Assembly (NCBI RefSeq): GCF_004010195.1
Contig: NC_057757.1
Coordinates: 8,590,300-8,654,299 of the forward strand
Length of the DNA stretch: 64,000 bases
Direction of reading: 5' to 3'
From: Chiloscyllium plagiosum
Lineage: Eukaryota
Positions 23,373-36,939 of the stretch are shown here, one piece after another. Position 1 is the stretch's first letter; every line of letters starts with the position of its first letter. The notes beneath the pieces were generated by a model. It did no database searches, was not told the DNA's origin, and saw only the letters and a program-made list of their open reading frames with translations. A program made the translations under genes and the position numbers.

Positions 23373-25952
23373 ATGTCTCTTAGTTTTATGCCCAAGCTGA
23401 AGATTCTGTGGGCGATCAGTGATATACAGAGAATTTACTATGCGATCTTAGCTGCTGTTGGTGTCCCGGGTAAGTTACACTTTGTGAATGATATTTCAAA
23501 AAGTGGAATGTAATCATATGTGTTATCTTAATTTTCATGCCACTTTGTTTTTGATCTTCCTGGTGTTTTCACAATGACCAGACACCAATAAGAATTCAAT
23601 TTTTCCATGATAATTCATTAACATGTATCATTTGTGAGGCAAATAAATGCTCTCTCTATCAATTTGTCACTTCCTTTTTTTCTTTCTTCCTTTCTTCCTT
23701 CCTTTCTTTCATTCTTTCTTTCCTCCTTTCCTTTTTCTTCCTGCTTTTCTTTGCTCCTGTCTCAGTATATTTCATGCTGTTTTTCTCTTTGCTTCTTTCA
23801 AAATTGCCATTGAAATGGTTTCCTCTAGGAATGGGGCTAAAGAAAAAATAATGAGCAATTCATAAGATGTACCCATGACCGACTGGAATGGATCAAAACA
23901 TCGAAGACTCTGAATGGCTCGTTTCTGTTCCAACATTTCTCTCTTGTTAGAAAATGCGGCTCCAATTTACAAAGTTACTCCTTTTATATTTGCTGAAAAG
24001 CATTTATTTTCTTTTCGTCATGTTTCACTGATCCATGTTTTGTGGCTAAACTCAACACAATTCATCTTTCATTTAGCTACTTAGGAAGCTCACAGAAAAC
24101 CAAGTATTGAAACAATAATTTAAACTTTATTCAGATCTTTCAAGTAAGCAGGTATAAGGCACGTGACCTAACTTCACCCTTACCTGATTAATGGTGAGAT
24201 CTGTCCAGGATTTCAATCAACCGTGGTCTGTCTCTGGACATGTCCAGGATTGTCCAGAGTTGGTCTTCAAAAGTCTTCGGTTGAGCTGTTCTGCTGTTGG
24301 ATCCTTATACAATTTTCTTTCTTTCAAGTTTGTGAAATGACATTAGTGATGATACAGCAGATTTTTTTGATCCTCAGCATTGAGTATATTTTTGGAGGCC
24401 TCAAGACTGCAGCTTGCCTTCTCACCATACATAACTCCGTTGTTTCAGGTTACATTAAAGGTTTGCTTTCCTGCAATTAACCCCTTCACAACATTACTGC
24501 TGAGTGCAGGTCTGAATTGCCCAGTTGTCATGACTGTAGACCATCAAGCAAATGTTATGTCCTCTGACTAAGGGAACACGTTGTTTATGTAACTCCTTCC
24601 CAGGGATGGCCAATGCACATGTTGTTGTAACTGCTATTATTGGTTTCTCATTGTCCTTTTCATCTCAAGAAACAATCTTTTCGGGGATCATCGCTGCTTC
24701 TCTGTGTGTGATATGTTATTCTTTGTGATTCATTCAATCCATGAACATTTATGAAAGTGATGAATTTTACATTGGCACACATGGCTTTGTGCCTTTTTGT
24801 TTGGCTGCACAGTTATCAGTGCCTTTGACTGCAGTTTTTGGAATCCTTTCTGGATGGAATATTAAATAGCAAATTTGTGATAAAGTTTCAGTTTGGTACA
24901 AAAACATGGGCTACCCGTTAACAATGAATTTTAGTATTATACTTCAAATAAAGCAAATTTTTAAAATATCTTCATTATATCTGAGGTATACATTATTAAA
25001 TTTGTTCTCTTCTTTCCAATTAACGTGATTGCAATGATGATCCTGGTTCAGGGGAAGTGTGGCCTTTCCAAATGTGTCACTCATTACCTGGTGGTTATGG
25101 CAGTGGCGGATCAGCTGGTCATTATCTTCGATCTGATACTACGACAAATTCCGATCACATATCGGGGGGAGTTCCTGTTTATGAATTTTGTACGCAGTTG
25201 CAACATCCATGCTGTTCTGCTTTATGTTTCCACAAACTGCTCTGTCTGGTTCACGGTCACGTTCATCTTAGATCGGTTTGTGGCAATCTGTTGCCAAAAG
25301 CTGAGAAGTAAACATTGTACCAAGAAAACAGCGGGTGTCGTTTTAGGAATAGTGACTGTACTAAGTTGTTTGAAAAACATTTTATGGTGTTTTATGTACT
25401 TAATCGATATTGACTTTCTAATAGTCCATGGTTTGTAGAGTACATCTAAATGTAAGTTTTTCAATTGTCTGGCCATTGTTGAATTGATGCATTACATAAT
25501 AACACCATTTATTCCATTTATTTTGATTGTATTGTTAAATAAAGTGACAGTCAGAAATATTATATTAGCCAACAGAGCTCGCAGGAGCCTCCAGGCTCAG
25601 ATGACTGGAGACAGTGCTAGTGACCAGAGATGGGGAGTCGAAGGAAATCCATGATTCTGTTATTTATTAAATGTGGTAATTTCATCACGTTATAGGTGGT
25701 GTTCATTGTTTGTTCTATATTGAAACTATTTCATTACTTGGGATATCCAGTTCCTCTGCCAACATTTTAAGAGAGATTGGCCTCATGCTCCAGCACCTGA
25801 GTTACTGCACAAACACCTTTATTTATGCAGTTACCCAGAGGAAATTCAGAGAAGAGTTGACGAATGGAATAATGTATCCCTTCACAAAGTTGGTCAAATT
25901 AATTTGCCCAAACCTCAAGCCAACATTCAACATTAATACAGCATTTTATTAG
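23373..25952 (+). pseudogene. GPR139/GPR142-like GPCR pseudogene 1 (exon 1 23373-23469; exon 2 from 25020)
   Basis: Exon 1 MSLSFMPKLKILWAISDIQRIYYAILAAVGVP|GTAAGT; acceptor reads AA (25018-25019) instead of AG; exon 2 has CGLSKCVTHYLVVMAVAD, ILDRFVAICC and CTNTFIYAVTQRKFREEL, broken by frameshifts. Confidence 0.88.
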
Positions 25953-26420
25953 ATTCTATGTTCTGTTAGATTATTTATTCAATGATCTTTTAGAGCAATT
26001 TGAAGTCATGGCCCTTACCAGGATCAGTGTTGTGATCCGGACTGTTCCTGTTTTACCAAATGATTTAAACATTATTGTACTAGGGTGATAAGTAAGTTGG
26101 CAGATGAGACAATAATTGGTGGGGTGGTGAATAGTGAGGAGGAGAACTTTACATGACAGGAGTACATTTCTTCATTCAGAAGATGGACAACCTGTGGTAT
26201 TCTATCCCACTGAAGACGGTAGGGGCTGGGTCACTGAGAACATTTGAGGAACAGATGGATAAATGTGATTTAATGGCATCAAGATATATAGAGTGAAAGC
26301 GGGAATATGGCATTGAGGGAGAGGATCAGGCAAGATCATATTGAATGGCAGATCAAGTTCGAAGGGCTGAGTGGCCTACTCCTATCATGGTCTATGTTTG
26401 AGACAAAACTAAGCGAAGCT

Positions 26421-27304
26421 TGCTATAACACAGCAGTGAATCCTCTGTTAATTAAATCAAATACCCAGAAAACTTCACCTCGCCTCATAATTTGTTAAAT
26501 GTAAATGACAGAGAACTCCCCAAATTCCACCAATTAAAGAAAATATCATCAATTTATTTTTCAACTGTTAAAGTTGAACATTAAACAATACCTATTCACA
26601 CATGTAAGACCCCATTCCTCTTAACTGCGTATTATCTGTCACCAATCTATAATACTATCCAAATAAAACAGTTAGTAAAATTACATTAACTTCACTTCAA
26701 AACCTTACAACAGGTTTTAGCTTTGATGTCTGTCTTCCCTTTTACTGTGAATATGTTTCATATGAAAAGGCACCTTTACTAGAGAATATTTCCTAATTTC
26801 TTGGATCTGTGTTGATGCCAGTTGCTCTGTCCGATTTTCAAAATGCCTGCCTTTTTCATATTCCCAACATCGGATCATTTCATTGGTTTGAACTTGGCAA
26901 TGTGAATATGTTTCATATGAAAAGGCACCTTTACTAGAGAATATTTCCTAATTTCTTGGATCTGTGTTGATGCCAGTTGCTCTGTCCGATTTTCAAAATG
27001 CCTGCCTTTTTCATATTCCCAACATCGGATCATTTCATTGGTTTGAACTTGGCAAAACAATAAGGTCAATCGACTGCATTTTAGAATCTTGGGCCATAAT
27101 TTGATCTGGTTGTTTAAATTTGAATTGTTGTCATAACAGCAACCAACGCAGGAATACATTTCATAGCCAAATGTTATATATTTTCAATTTTCCTGTACAC
27201 TCTGAGAGTGCTACTTCATCATCACAGGTGCTAGTCAGCTCTTAGTTCAGAATAGCATTCATTCTCTCTTAAAGATACAATACGTGTCTTCAACTTCTTA
27301 ACCA
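26421..27304. mobile_element. Possible solo LTR (also 19319-20049)
   Basis: Non-coding block bounded by TGCTATAAC...TCATAACCA-like ends between CR1 fragments; no TSD recognised. Confidence 0.3.
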
Positions 27305-29559
27305 CCTATGATAAAGGAAAAGCCGTTCCCCTTTTTGATAGATGGAATAAAGGGGCTGAATGTTATTGAAACAGCGAGAGACTGCAGAAAGTTGCAGCAC
27401 AGAAGGATCCCGGAGTCAGCTGGCATGTTTTACAGAAACCGGAGCAGTCAAGTTCAATTGGTAATAGGGAAGGACAATGGGCAGGTGGCCTTTATTTCTG
27501 TGGGAAAGGAATGTAGAAAGAGGGAGGTCTTGTTAAAAAATTACAAGGCACTTGTCAGGATGTCCCTAGAATATTGTGAACAGTTTTGAACCCCATATCT
27601 CAGGAAAGATATCCTGGCATTGGAGGCAGTCCAGAAAAGTTTCACTTGGCTGATTCGCGGAATAGAGCGATTGTCCAATGAGGAGAGATTGGTGAGTTTG
27701 GGCCCGTGGTCAATGGATTTTAGACAAATCAGAGGCAACGTCATGGAAGAACCAAGATTCTTCGAGGTCTTGCCAGGTTGGAAATGGAGTGGTTATTTCC
27801 CCTCGTGGGCGAGTCCATGAACTGATGGCATCATCTCAGAATCACGGATTATACATTAAAGACAGAGATGAGGAGGAATTTCTTGTCTCCGAGGAGAGTG
27901 AGTGTATGACTCTTTACCACAGAGGGCTATCGATGTTAGGTCTGTAAGTATAGCCAAGGCTGATGGAGACAGATTTTTAATCAGAAAGAGAATTAAGAGT
28001 TATCGAGAAAATGCAGGAAAGTACAATTGAGGATGATCAGACAACCATGATTTTATTGAACGGTGGATCAGACTCAATGATCTAAAAGACTGACATCTGA
28101 TCTTCCTTCCTGTGATCCTGAATGTCCTGTTCCATCCTTCCTCACATTCCAGAATATTTCAAGGTGGCCTTTATTTCTGTGGGAAAGGAATGTAGAAAGA
28201 GGGCGGTCTTGTTAAAACAGTACAAGGCACTTGTCAGGATGTCCCTGGAATATTGTGAACAGTTTTGAACCCCATATCTCAGGAAAGATATCCTGGCATT
28301 GGAGGCAGTCCAGAAAAGTTTCACTTGGCTGATTCTTGGAATAGAGCGATTGTCCAATGAGGAGAGATTGATGAGTTTGGGCCCGTGGTCATTGGATTTT
28401 AGACAAATCAGAGGCAACGTCATGGAAGAACCAAGATTCTTCGAGGTCTTGCCAGGTTGGAAATGGAGAGGTTATTTCCCTTCGTGAGCGAGTCCATGAA
28501 TTGATGGCATCATCTCAGAATCACGGATTACACATTAAAGACAAAGATGAGGAGGAATTTCTTGTCTCAGAGGAGAGTGAGTGTGTATGACTCTTTACCA
28601 CAGAGGGCTGTCGATGTTAGGTCTGTAAGTATATCCAAGGCTGAGGGAGACAGATTTTTAATCAGAAAGAGAATTGAGAGTTATCGAGAAAATGCAGGAA
28701 AGTACAATTGAGGATGATCAGATCAACCATGATTTTATTGAACGGTGGATCAGACTCAATGATCCAAAAGGCTGACATCTGATCTTCCTTCTTGTGATCC
28801 TGAATGTCCTGTTCCATCCTTCCTCACATTCCAGAATATTTCAATGGCAGGAAGGTGAAGGAACCCAGTTAGTGCTGCCAGAAAACCCACAGAAAATGGT
28901 TTCCATTTCATCAATATCGATGGCAGATCATGTCGAACTGAAGTGGGAATAAATGTCTTCACTCAGAGACTGCTGACCCTGTGGAATTCTCCACCACATA
29001 AAGCTGTGGAGCTAATTCACTGAATATACTTAAGACATGAACAGATTGATTTCTGGATTCATGGTGTCAAGGGTCAACAGTGGGACCATGATATTGAGAT
29101 AAAGCATCCTTCATCACCATATTGAATGGTTGAGCAGGCTCAATGGGCCGAATAGCCTACTCTTGCCTGCATTGTCTGTTTCCCGATGCTCTTCGCTACA
29201 ACAATGAAATAGTTTTGTCAGCCGGGGGTTTACTTATCAACAGGACTGTTTCAGTCATACTGGATTACACTTCTGTAAAGTTTTAGTTAGCCCATCTACA
29301 CCAATCAATTCTAGCCTTTTCCTACAACTGATTCCAGGAGCATTGGCTAATGGTTACCTTTATTTATTATGCACTTTTGTCAAAAAGTCAGAATACATTT
29401 TCAGGAGTGCAGGTCACAGGAATGAATGAGAATCTCGGTATTTTCAGGCTCAAGGCCCACTTCAATGAGATATATTACACCAGGCACATCCCCTTTTATT
29501 CAATTCCCAAGCACAGATCGGAATCGCACTCGTGCACAGCTTTGTTTTGATTTGTTGTT

Positions 29560-30748
29560 AGGAATGTGAGTGTCTCTGGCAAGGCCAGCATTCATTGGCC
29601 CTCCCTAAATACCCAGAGGACACCTGAGACTCAGCCACATTCTGTTGGTTTGGTGTCACATCTAAGCCAGACCCGGTTATGATGGCCTTTCTTTCCCTAA
29701 AGGACACTAGTGAAGTGACCATTGGCTTCATGGTCATCATTCAACTCTTGATTCAAGATGGTTTTGTTTTAATTGATTTCAAATTCCACCATCTGCTTTG
29801 GCAGGGTTTGAACAATGACCCCAGAACAGGGTTGGGGAACCTTCAGCCTTAAGGCCACATGCGCCTTCTAGGCCATTGTGTTTGGCCTTTTGAATGAATC
29901 CAAATTTTGCAGAACAAATCTTTTACTTTTTATTATTTTTTTTTCATTCTTTATTATTTTTATTTCAATCTTCAAATGTATGTATTTAAAATTTCAGAGA
30001 GTAAAAGAGAATTCAATGAAATAATCCTCACAGACTGACCGCAACAATTAAAAAAATGGTTAGTCAATACACTTATTTATTACAGAATACAATTAAAGGT
30101 TCTCTGACTTTGAGAATCATGACATCACACTCAAATTAACATTTCAACCTCACCTAGTTGATGTCTCCAAGGCTCCTAAAGAACTACAGATGGAATTGAT
30201 TGAGCTCTCAGAAGATGACATTTTAAAGTCCTTATTTGACGCTAAGAAAGATCCAACTGAAATATGGAAAAATGCAACAGAATACACATGCCTTCAGCAA
30301 CATACACAAAAAATGCTTTCTTGCTTTTCAACCACTTATTGCTGTGAATCTACATTCTCCTACTTAACCAAAATCAAGATGCCCTTAAGGTCACAAATGA
30401 CGAATAGCCATCTGGAGGATCAGCTAAAACTGCAGACCTCCATGCTGCAAACAAATATTCAAATGCTTTCCTACAAAAAGCAGTCACAACAAAGTCATTA
30501 AAAGGTTAGTTAACTTTAGAATTAACTTTTTCATTTTTTTAGTTAGTTAGTACATAATAGATTTTTACAAAATAATGTGCATTTTGAAGAATATATAACT
30601 GAAGTTACTTTGATGCGGCCTTATTAGATCACAACTAACACAATGCGGTCTTCCAATGTGGAAAGGTTCCCCACGTCTGCCCCAGAACATTACCTGGGCC
30701 TCTGGTCACAATCCATTCATAATACCACTCGACCATTGCCTCCCCTTG
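29560..30748 (-). mobile_element. tRNA-headed SINE split by the hAT insertion
   Basis: The minus-strand head GGGAGGCAATGG...GTGGTATTAT...CCAGAGGCCCAGGTAATGTTCTGGGG continues across the hAT into ...GTTCAAACCCTGCCAAAGCAGATGGTGGAATTTGAA. Confidence 0.65.
29827..30679 (+). mobile_element. Non-autonomous hAT (Charlie-like) transposon, 853 bp, both ends present
   Basis: TIRs CAGGGTTGGGGAACCT and AGGTTCCCCACGTCTG; 8-bp TSD CCCCAGAA (29819-29826, 30680-30687); transposase C-terminal ORF 30190-30501. Confidence 0.92.
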
Positions 30749-30789
30749 ACACAAACGTATCAGGCTTCTTGAGTGGAACATCAAAAACA

Positions 30790-31150
30790 TTGTCGAGGTT
30801 TATAATGAAGGTCATCGATAGGGTGAAGAGCCAAGTTGCTTTCCCTGGGGTTGGGGAGTCCAAAGCTAGAGGGCATAGGGTTAAGGTGAGAGGGAAAAGA
30901 TTTAAAATTGACCTAAATGGTACGGATTATATGCAGAGAGTGGGTCACGTGTGGCGTGAGCTGCCCGATGAAGTGGTGGAGGCTGGTGCAATTAGAACAT
31001 TTAAAAGGCATCTGGATGGATATATGAATAGGAAGGATTCGAGGGATATGGGGTGTTGTTGGCAAATGGGATTAAGTCAGATTGGGATGTGAGGTCGGCG
31101 TGGATTAGTTGGACTGAAGGGGCTGTTTCCATGCTGAATGACAGTATACC
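30790..31150 (+). mobile_element. CR1 3' fragment
   Basis: FPGVGESKARGHRVKVRG...WRELP...FKRHLD plus tail. Confidence 0.75.
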
Positions 31151-32005
31151 TTTGTTTTGGAACTGAACTCATCCAGGCAAATGGGGAGTATGTCATCACA
31201 GTTCTGATTTGTGGCATGTTGATGGTAGACAGGTTTTGGGCAGTCAGGAGTTGAGTTATTTCCTGCAGTATTCCTAACCTCTAACTTGTTCCGTGGCAGG
31301 GTGCATCTACCTATAACACATGGACTTCAGTGGGTCAAGAAGGCAACTCACCCTCACCTTCTCAAGGGTAACTAGGGTCAGACAATAAATGCTGCTCCAC
31401 CCAGGGACTCCCACGTCCCACGTGATGCTATAAAAGCCATAGCATTAATGTGGCTAGTTCAGTTCAGTTTGTAGTCAAGGGAAATCTCCAGGATATTGAT
31501 TGTGGGGAATTCAGTGATAGTTGTCCTCTTTAAATAATACCAACTCTGCCAGAGTCTATATGTTGACAATTAAATTGCCTCATTCCGCTAACTTTACAAT
31601 GTTAGTTCTTGTTTTCCATTAATGATCTGTTTTTGAAGTTACTTTCGTTAGAATTCTGTGATATGGGCCATTTCATTAATGTGCAGTTTTGAACCCCATA
31701 TCTCAGGGTCTGGGGAGAAAGAATAGGGTTAACTGGTCAGGAGTTGCACTGTTCATGTACAAATTCGCCTGATAATAGTTGTTGATGACATTACTCCATT
31801 AGGTGGCTTTAATCATGTTCTAATCATATTTCATTGATTCATAGCTTTGTGGCCACGTAATTATCAATTATTTTGAATACACGGGAGCTGATTTTCTGAT
31901 CTGATGAATTCACACTGCTATATACAAGGGATATTTTCTCAATCTCTCAAGCAGAGAACACACAAAACCTGACCAACAATCTCCGTTATTTGCAAAAGAG
32001 AAATT

Positions 32006-32890
32006 ATGTCTCTTGATTTTTGTGATCAAGTTGAAGATCCTGTGGGCAGATCCTGATGTACAGATTATTTGCTACCTGGTCTTAGCTGTGTTGGATGCCC
32101 TGGATAAGTTACTCCTAAGGGAGGTTTATTCAAGAAGTGGAATTCTATTAAATGCATCATCTTTAAGTTTATGCCTTTTTAAAATAACTTACCTTACGTT
32201 ACTAAATGACGAGAGTTCAACAAGAATTTGTTTGTTCTATTGGAGTAAAAGGCCATTGATCACCTAAGGCAAAGAAAATCTTCCTCCCTCCCTCCCTTCC
32301 TTCCTTCCTTCCTTCCTTCCTTCCTTCCTTCCTTCCTTCCTTCCTTCCTTCCTTCCTTCCTTCCTTCCTTCCTTCCTTCCTTCCTTCCTTCCTTCCTTCC
32401 TTCCTTCCTTCCTTCCTTCCTTCCTTCCTTCCTTCCTTCCTTCCTTCCTTCCTTCCTTCCTTCCTTCCTTCCTTCCTTCCTTCCTTCCTTCCTTCCTTCC
32501 TTCCTTCCTTCCTTCCTTCCTTCCTTCCTTCCTTCCTTCCTTCCTTCCTTCCTTCCTTCCTTCCTTCCTTCCTTCCTTCCTTCCTTCCTTCCTTCCTTCC
32601 TTCCTTCCTTCCTTCCTTCCTTCCTTCCTTCCTTCCTTCCTTCCTTCCTTCCTTCCTTCCTTCCTTCCTTCCTTCCTTCCTTCCTTCCTTCCTTCCTTCC
32701 TTCCTTCCTTCCTTCCTTCCTTCCTTCCTTCCTTCCTTCCTTCCTTCCTTCCTTCTTTCCCTTCCTTTCCTTCCTTCCTTCCTTCCTTCCTTCCTATCGC
32801 TCTACCTACCGATCTATGTATCCATCCATCTATCTATCTACCGACTATCTATCTATCCATCCAACCATCCATCCATCCATCCATCCATCC

Positions 32891-32973
<83 letters not shown>

Positions 32974-34284
32974 NNNNNNNNNNNNNNNNNNNNNNNNNNN
33001 NNNNNNNNNNNNNNNNNNNNNNNNNNNNNNNNNNNNNNNNNNNNNNNNNNNNNNNNNNNNNNNNNNNNNNNNNNNNNNNNNNNNNNNNNNNNNNNNNNNN
33101 NNNNNNNNNNNNNNNNNNNNNNNNNNNNNNNNNNNNNNNNNNNNNNNNNNNNNNNNNNNNNNNNNNNNNNNNNNNNNNNNNNNNNNNNNNNNNNNNNNNN
33201 NNNNNNNNNNNNNNNNNNNNNNNNNNNNNNNNNNNNNNNNNNNNNNNNNNNNNNNNNNNNNNNNNNNNNNNNNNNNNNNNNNNNNNNNNNNNNNNNNNNN
33301 NNNNNNNNNNNNNNNNNNNNNNNNNNNNNNNNNNNNNNNNNNNNNNNNNNNNNNNGTAGTTTGTTGCAAAAATATTGAATGGACATTTGAGAATTAGTTT
33401 GATTATTTTACTGAAAAGACAGTGCATAATTATTTCTGCATTCTATCTGGTCAATAAATGATCTTATTTGTTCTCTTCTTTTAAGTTAACTTGATTGTAA
33501 TTATGATCCTGGCTCGGGGGAAGCCAGGATCCAAATGTGTCACTCATTACCTGGTGGCTATGGCAGCAGTGGATCTACTGGTCATTATCTTCGATGTGAT
33601 ACTACGACAATTTCCTATTACATATCAGATGGAGTTTCTCTTTGTGCATACTCTCCATGTCTGCAACTTCCATGGTGTTCTGCTTTATGCTGCCACAGAC
33701 TGCTCTGTCTGGTTCACGGTCACATAAGTCTTTGATCGGTTTTTGACCATATGTTGCCAAAAGCTGAGAAGTACACAGTGCAGCAAGTGGGTGTGGGTTT
33801 AGGAACATTGACTGTGCTGAGTTGCTTGAAGAACATTTTCTGGTATTTCTTGCAATGCAAGTGAGATTGGCTTTCCAATAGTACCTCAAAATGTAATTAA
33901 TTCAATTGTCTGGGGCGTTATTGAATTGATGCATTACATAATAATGCCATTCATTCCATTACAGAGCTCGCTGGAGACTTTGGGCTCAGACAACTGGGAA
34001 TAGTGCCAGAGACCCATAGATGGGAAGTCTGAGGAAATCCATGATTATCTTATTTATTATATCGTATTGTGGGTGGTGTTCATTACTTATTGTATATTGA
34101 AACGATTTGATTACTTGGGATATCCAGTTATTGTGCCTACATTTGTAAGGAGATTAGCTCCATGTTCCAGCTCCTGAGTTGCTACACAAACACCTTTATA
34201 CATGCAGTTACCCAGAGGAAATTCAAAGAGATGAAGAATGGAATAACGTATCCCTTCACAAAGTTGATCAAAGTAATTTGGTGA
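32006..34284 (+). pseudogene. GPR139/GPR142-like GPCR pseudogene 2 (exon 1 32006-32103; exon 2 33486-34284)
   Basis: Exon 1 is homologous to gene 1 but has a +1 T frameshift and donor ATAAGT in place of GT; exon 2 follows an AG, has SKCVTHYLVAMAAVDLL and TDCSVWFTVT, then a stop at 33725, deletions and frameshifts. Confidence 0.88.
32281..32973. repeat. (CCTT)n tract of ~500 bp followed by (ATCC)/(ATCT)n, running into a gap
   Basis: Directly visible. Confidence 0.97.
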
Positions 34285-35299
34285 TGTTATCTTACCAATA
34301 CTTGGAACACTAAATATATATTTTCTCAGGATTAAGATTCAGAACTGAGATCCCCGGCTTTATGTCGGCTTGATCCTTGCTGAAGAGTGCTGAGCAACAC
34401 CAGCTTTCAGTTCAGGAATAGTGTGGGAGTATGCTGTGCAAACTTCACAATAACACAGCATGGGTTCTCATTGTCCTTCCTCACTGTGGGTGCTTCTTAC
34501 AGAATTACTGAGGCCATTCAGCTGTTCTGTCTGGGCTGGCTCTGCGAAGGAACAATTCACTCAGTTCCGCTATATGATCTTCTCTCTGTAATCCTGCACA
34601 CTCTCGTAAGCTGTCTTCAACTTGACAGCACAGTAAGACATCTCATACATAATAAAACACTGAAACCATTATTATATTGCATGTAGCAATGAAGATAAGA
34701 ATCCTCCAGTCAGCATGTTAAGCTTCACAACCCAACTTGGCTATGACCTGATTAGTTTGGAATTTAACCCTGATTCTAACCAAAAGTGCCTGCCTCTGCA
34801 TCACTATGGTTCAAACCTTGTGCAGCTTTCAAGAGTTCTGCCAACAACGAACCTAGGAACTGAAATTTTATACAATTTTCTGTTTGTGGTATGATATTAC
34901 TGATGATCCTTTCAATTCTTTCATCGATAGTATTGACTAATCCTATGGGAAAATTAAGTCTGCAGTTTGCCTTCTTTGTTCCCTGTTACATTTCACATTG
35001 ACTTCTCTGTTTGAAGATACAGCTTTTGTGTGACTAATTCCTTAAATTCTTGTCTAACCATTTGTCCTTGTGGCATAAGGCGGCCAGTTATCAAGCGGGT
35101 GTTAAACAGGTTTGCTTATGTAACTTCTACTCCTGCTTTTCCCAGTTATGGAGGCATGCTTTCAATGCCTGTATAACAGCTGGTCTTTGTCCCTTCACAA
35201 TTTATTCCAGGCAGAGTTATTGCCACTTCTTTTAATCCATGAATAGTTATTGCAGTCCTGACGTTTACTCACCACATTCACCTTTGTAGCTGATAATCC

Positions 35300-36290
35300 A
35301 ATTTCCTCCCAAGTGCCTCAGTTGAATCTCCCTGCACCATAATCTGTGGCATTCTATCGAGCTGCAAAAGAATTAACCATAGGAATGGGTTTTCCTCATG
35401 TCTCCATTGATTCTATCAATCTATGTTGATGTGGTTATGATTCACCCATCATTGGGATCAGCATTTATTTACTATCAACTCTGCCTGGACCCCTTATGAT
35501 GTTGAATATCTATATTCGGCATCCAATGAACCTTTCTCATTCTGTTTGAAAGGCCACTTGTTCCTTGAGGCCTACTTCCCCATTAAATACAATCAGGGCT
35601 GATTTTAACCTCGGCTCTACATCTCTGCATATCCCCCAATAAACTGTCCAACCCCTTGGAAATCAATATCTCTCTCTGCCATAAAAAGACTGAAGATTTC
35701 TGCCTCCACTTCCTATCGAGGAAGGGCATTGCAAAGGCTCACAGCCCTCTGTGAGAGATAAAAGGATCATCATTACTGTTCCTTTATATTCTAAACTATG
35801 ACCCTTTTTCTCATTCTCCCATGAGAGGAAACATCTTTTCAGTATCCAGCTGGTCAAGTCCTCACGGGATATTAAATACTTCAGTTAAGTCACCCCGGAC
35901 TCTCCTAAACGCCAGGGATATATGTAACCTTTCCTCATCAGACAACTCACTCACTCTTGCTATCATGTTTGTAAACCTTCTCTGAACTGCTTCCAATGCA
36001 TTATCATCCTTTTGTAAGTACAGTGCCCAGTGCTGTACACTGTACTCCAGATGAAGTCACACCAATGCCCGGTATCACTGAAGGATAAACTCCTTATTCT
36101 TGCATTCAATTCCCCTCACAATAAAACACAGCACATTGTCTCAGCTTTCCTGATTACTTGCTGTCCATACAAACCAACCTTGTATGATTGCTGCCCTAGG
36201 ACACCCAGATCCCTCTGTGTCTCAGAGCTCTCCAACCTCTCCCCATTTCAATAACATTCTGACCTTTATTATTCTTTCTGTCAAAGTGGA
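35300..36290 (-). mobile_element. Degenerate CR1 fragments
   Basis: Reverse-complement CR1 3' motifs (AAACCTTCTCTGAACTGCTTCC, GTACACTGTACTCCAG, ACACCCAGATCCCTCTG). Confidence 0.65.
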
Positions 36291-36939
36291 TACTCGAGCT
36301 GAAGGCATACCTAAAAGAGCATGTCTTCAGTTTGTGTTATTAAAGGGAGGGTGACTTCACGCAGAGTGGACATAGCTATTCTTTTCGAACTTTCTCCACA
36401 GCTTTAGCCACACTGTGCCTTGGAATCCAATCTCATCGTTGCAGTGGCTGTGCAGCCCTGCACTGCACGCTATCACTGTGCTTCTGATCATATAATTAAG
36501 GGCAACCTTTCCATATTAGCTCCAAACATGGAGGGGAGTTGGATTGGTATGTGGAGAGGAAATACATCTACTGACATGAAGAGTCTCTGACGCTGATAAC
36601 GTTCCCCCAGAGCCAGCTCACAGAATGAACAGAATGTCTGACACTGCTGTTCCTGTTTGTCAGCCAGGGCTCCCTGAGTGGAACAGGTTAACAGCCCCAA
36701 ACAGGGAACTCAGACTTCCATGAGGTCCACCTGGCTGACCTTATTGCAATCACTACAAAATGTTTGCAGAATGTGGGCCAAACATATCCAATGGAACAAG
36801 TTCAGTTTAGGAGACGTGGTCAGCATGGATGGGTGGGCCGAAGGGCCTGTTTCCGTGCTGTATTACTATATAACTCTAAATGTACTCAATGTCCATTCCT
36901 TTAAACATTTTCTTTCCGAAGGTGAGAATCTTTTCTTAC

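Larger units (their letters stand above)
26429..30835 (+). repeat. Segmental duplication copy B, with internal tandem duplications (26746-26900/26901-27055 and 27483-28161/28162-28842)
   Basis: Direct sequence comparison with copy A and within copy B. Confidence 0.93.

Noticed and set aside
24100..24630. Possible LTR-like insertion in the gene 1 intron (similar suspicion at ~34330-34730)
   Set aside because: No termini, TSD or second copy that I could verify
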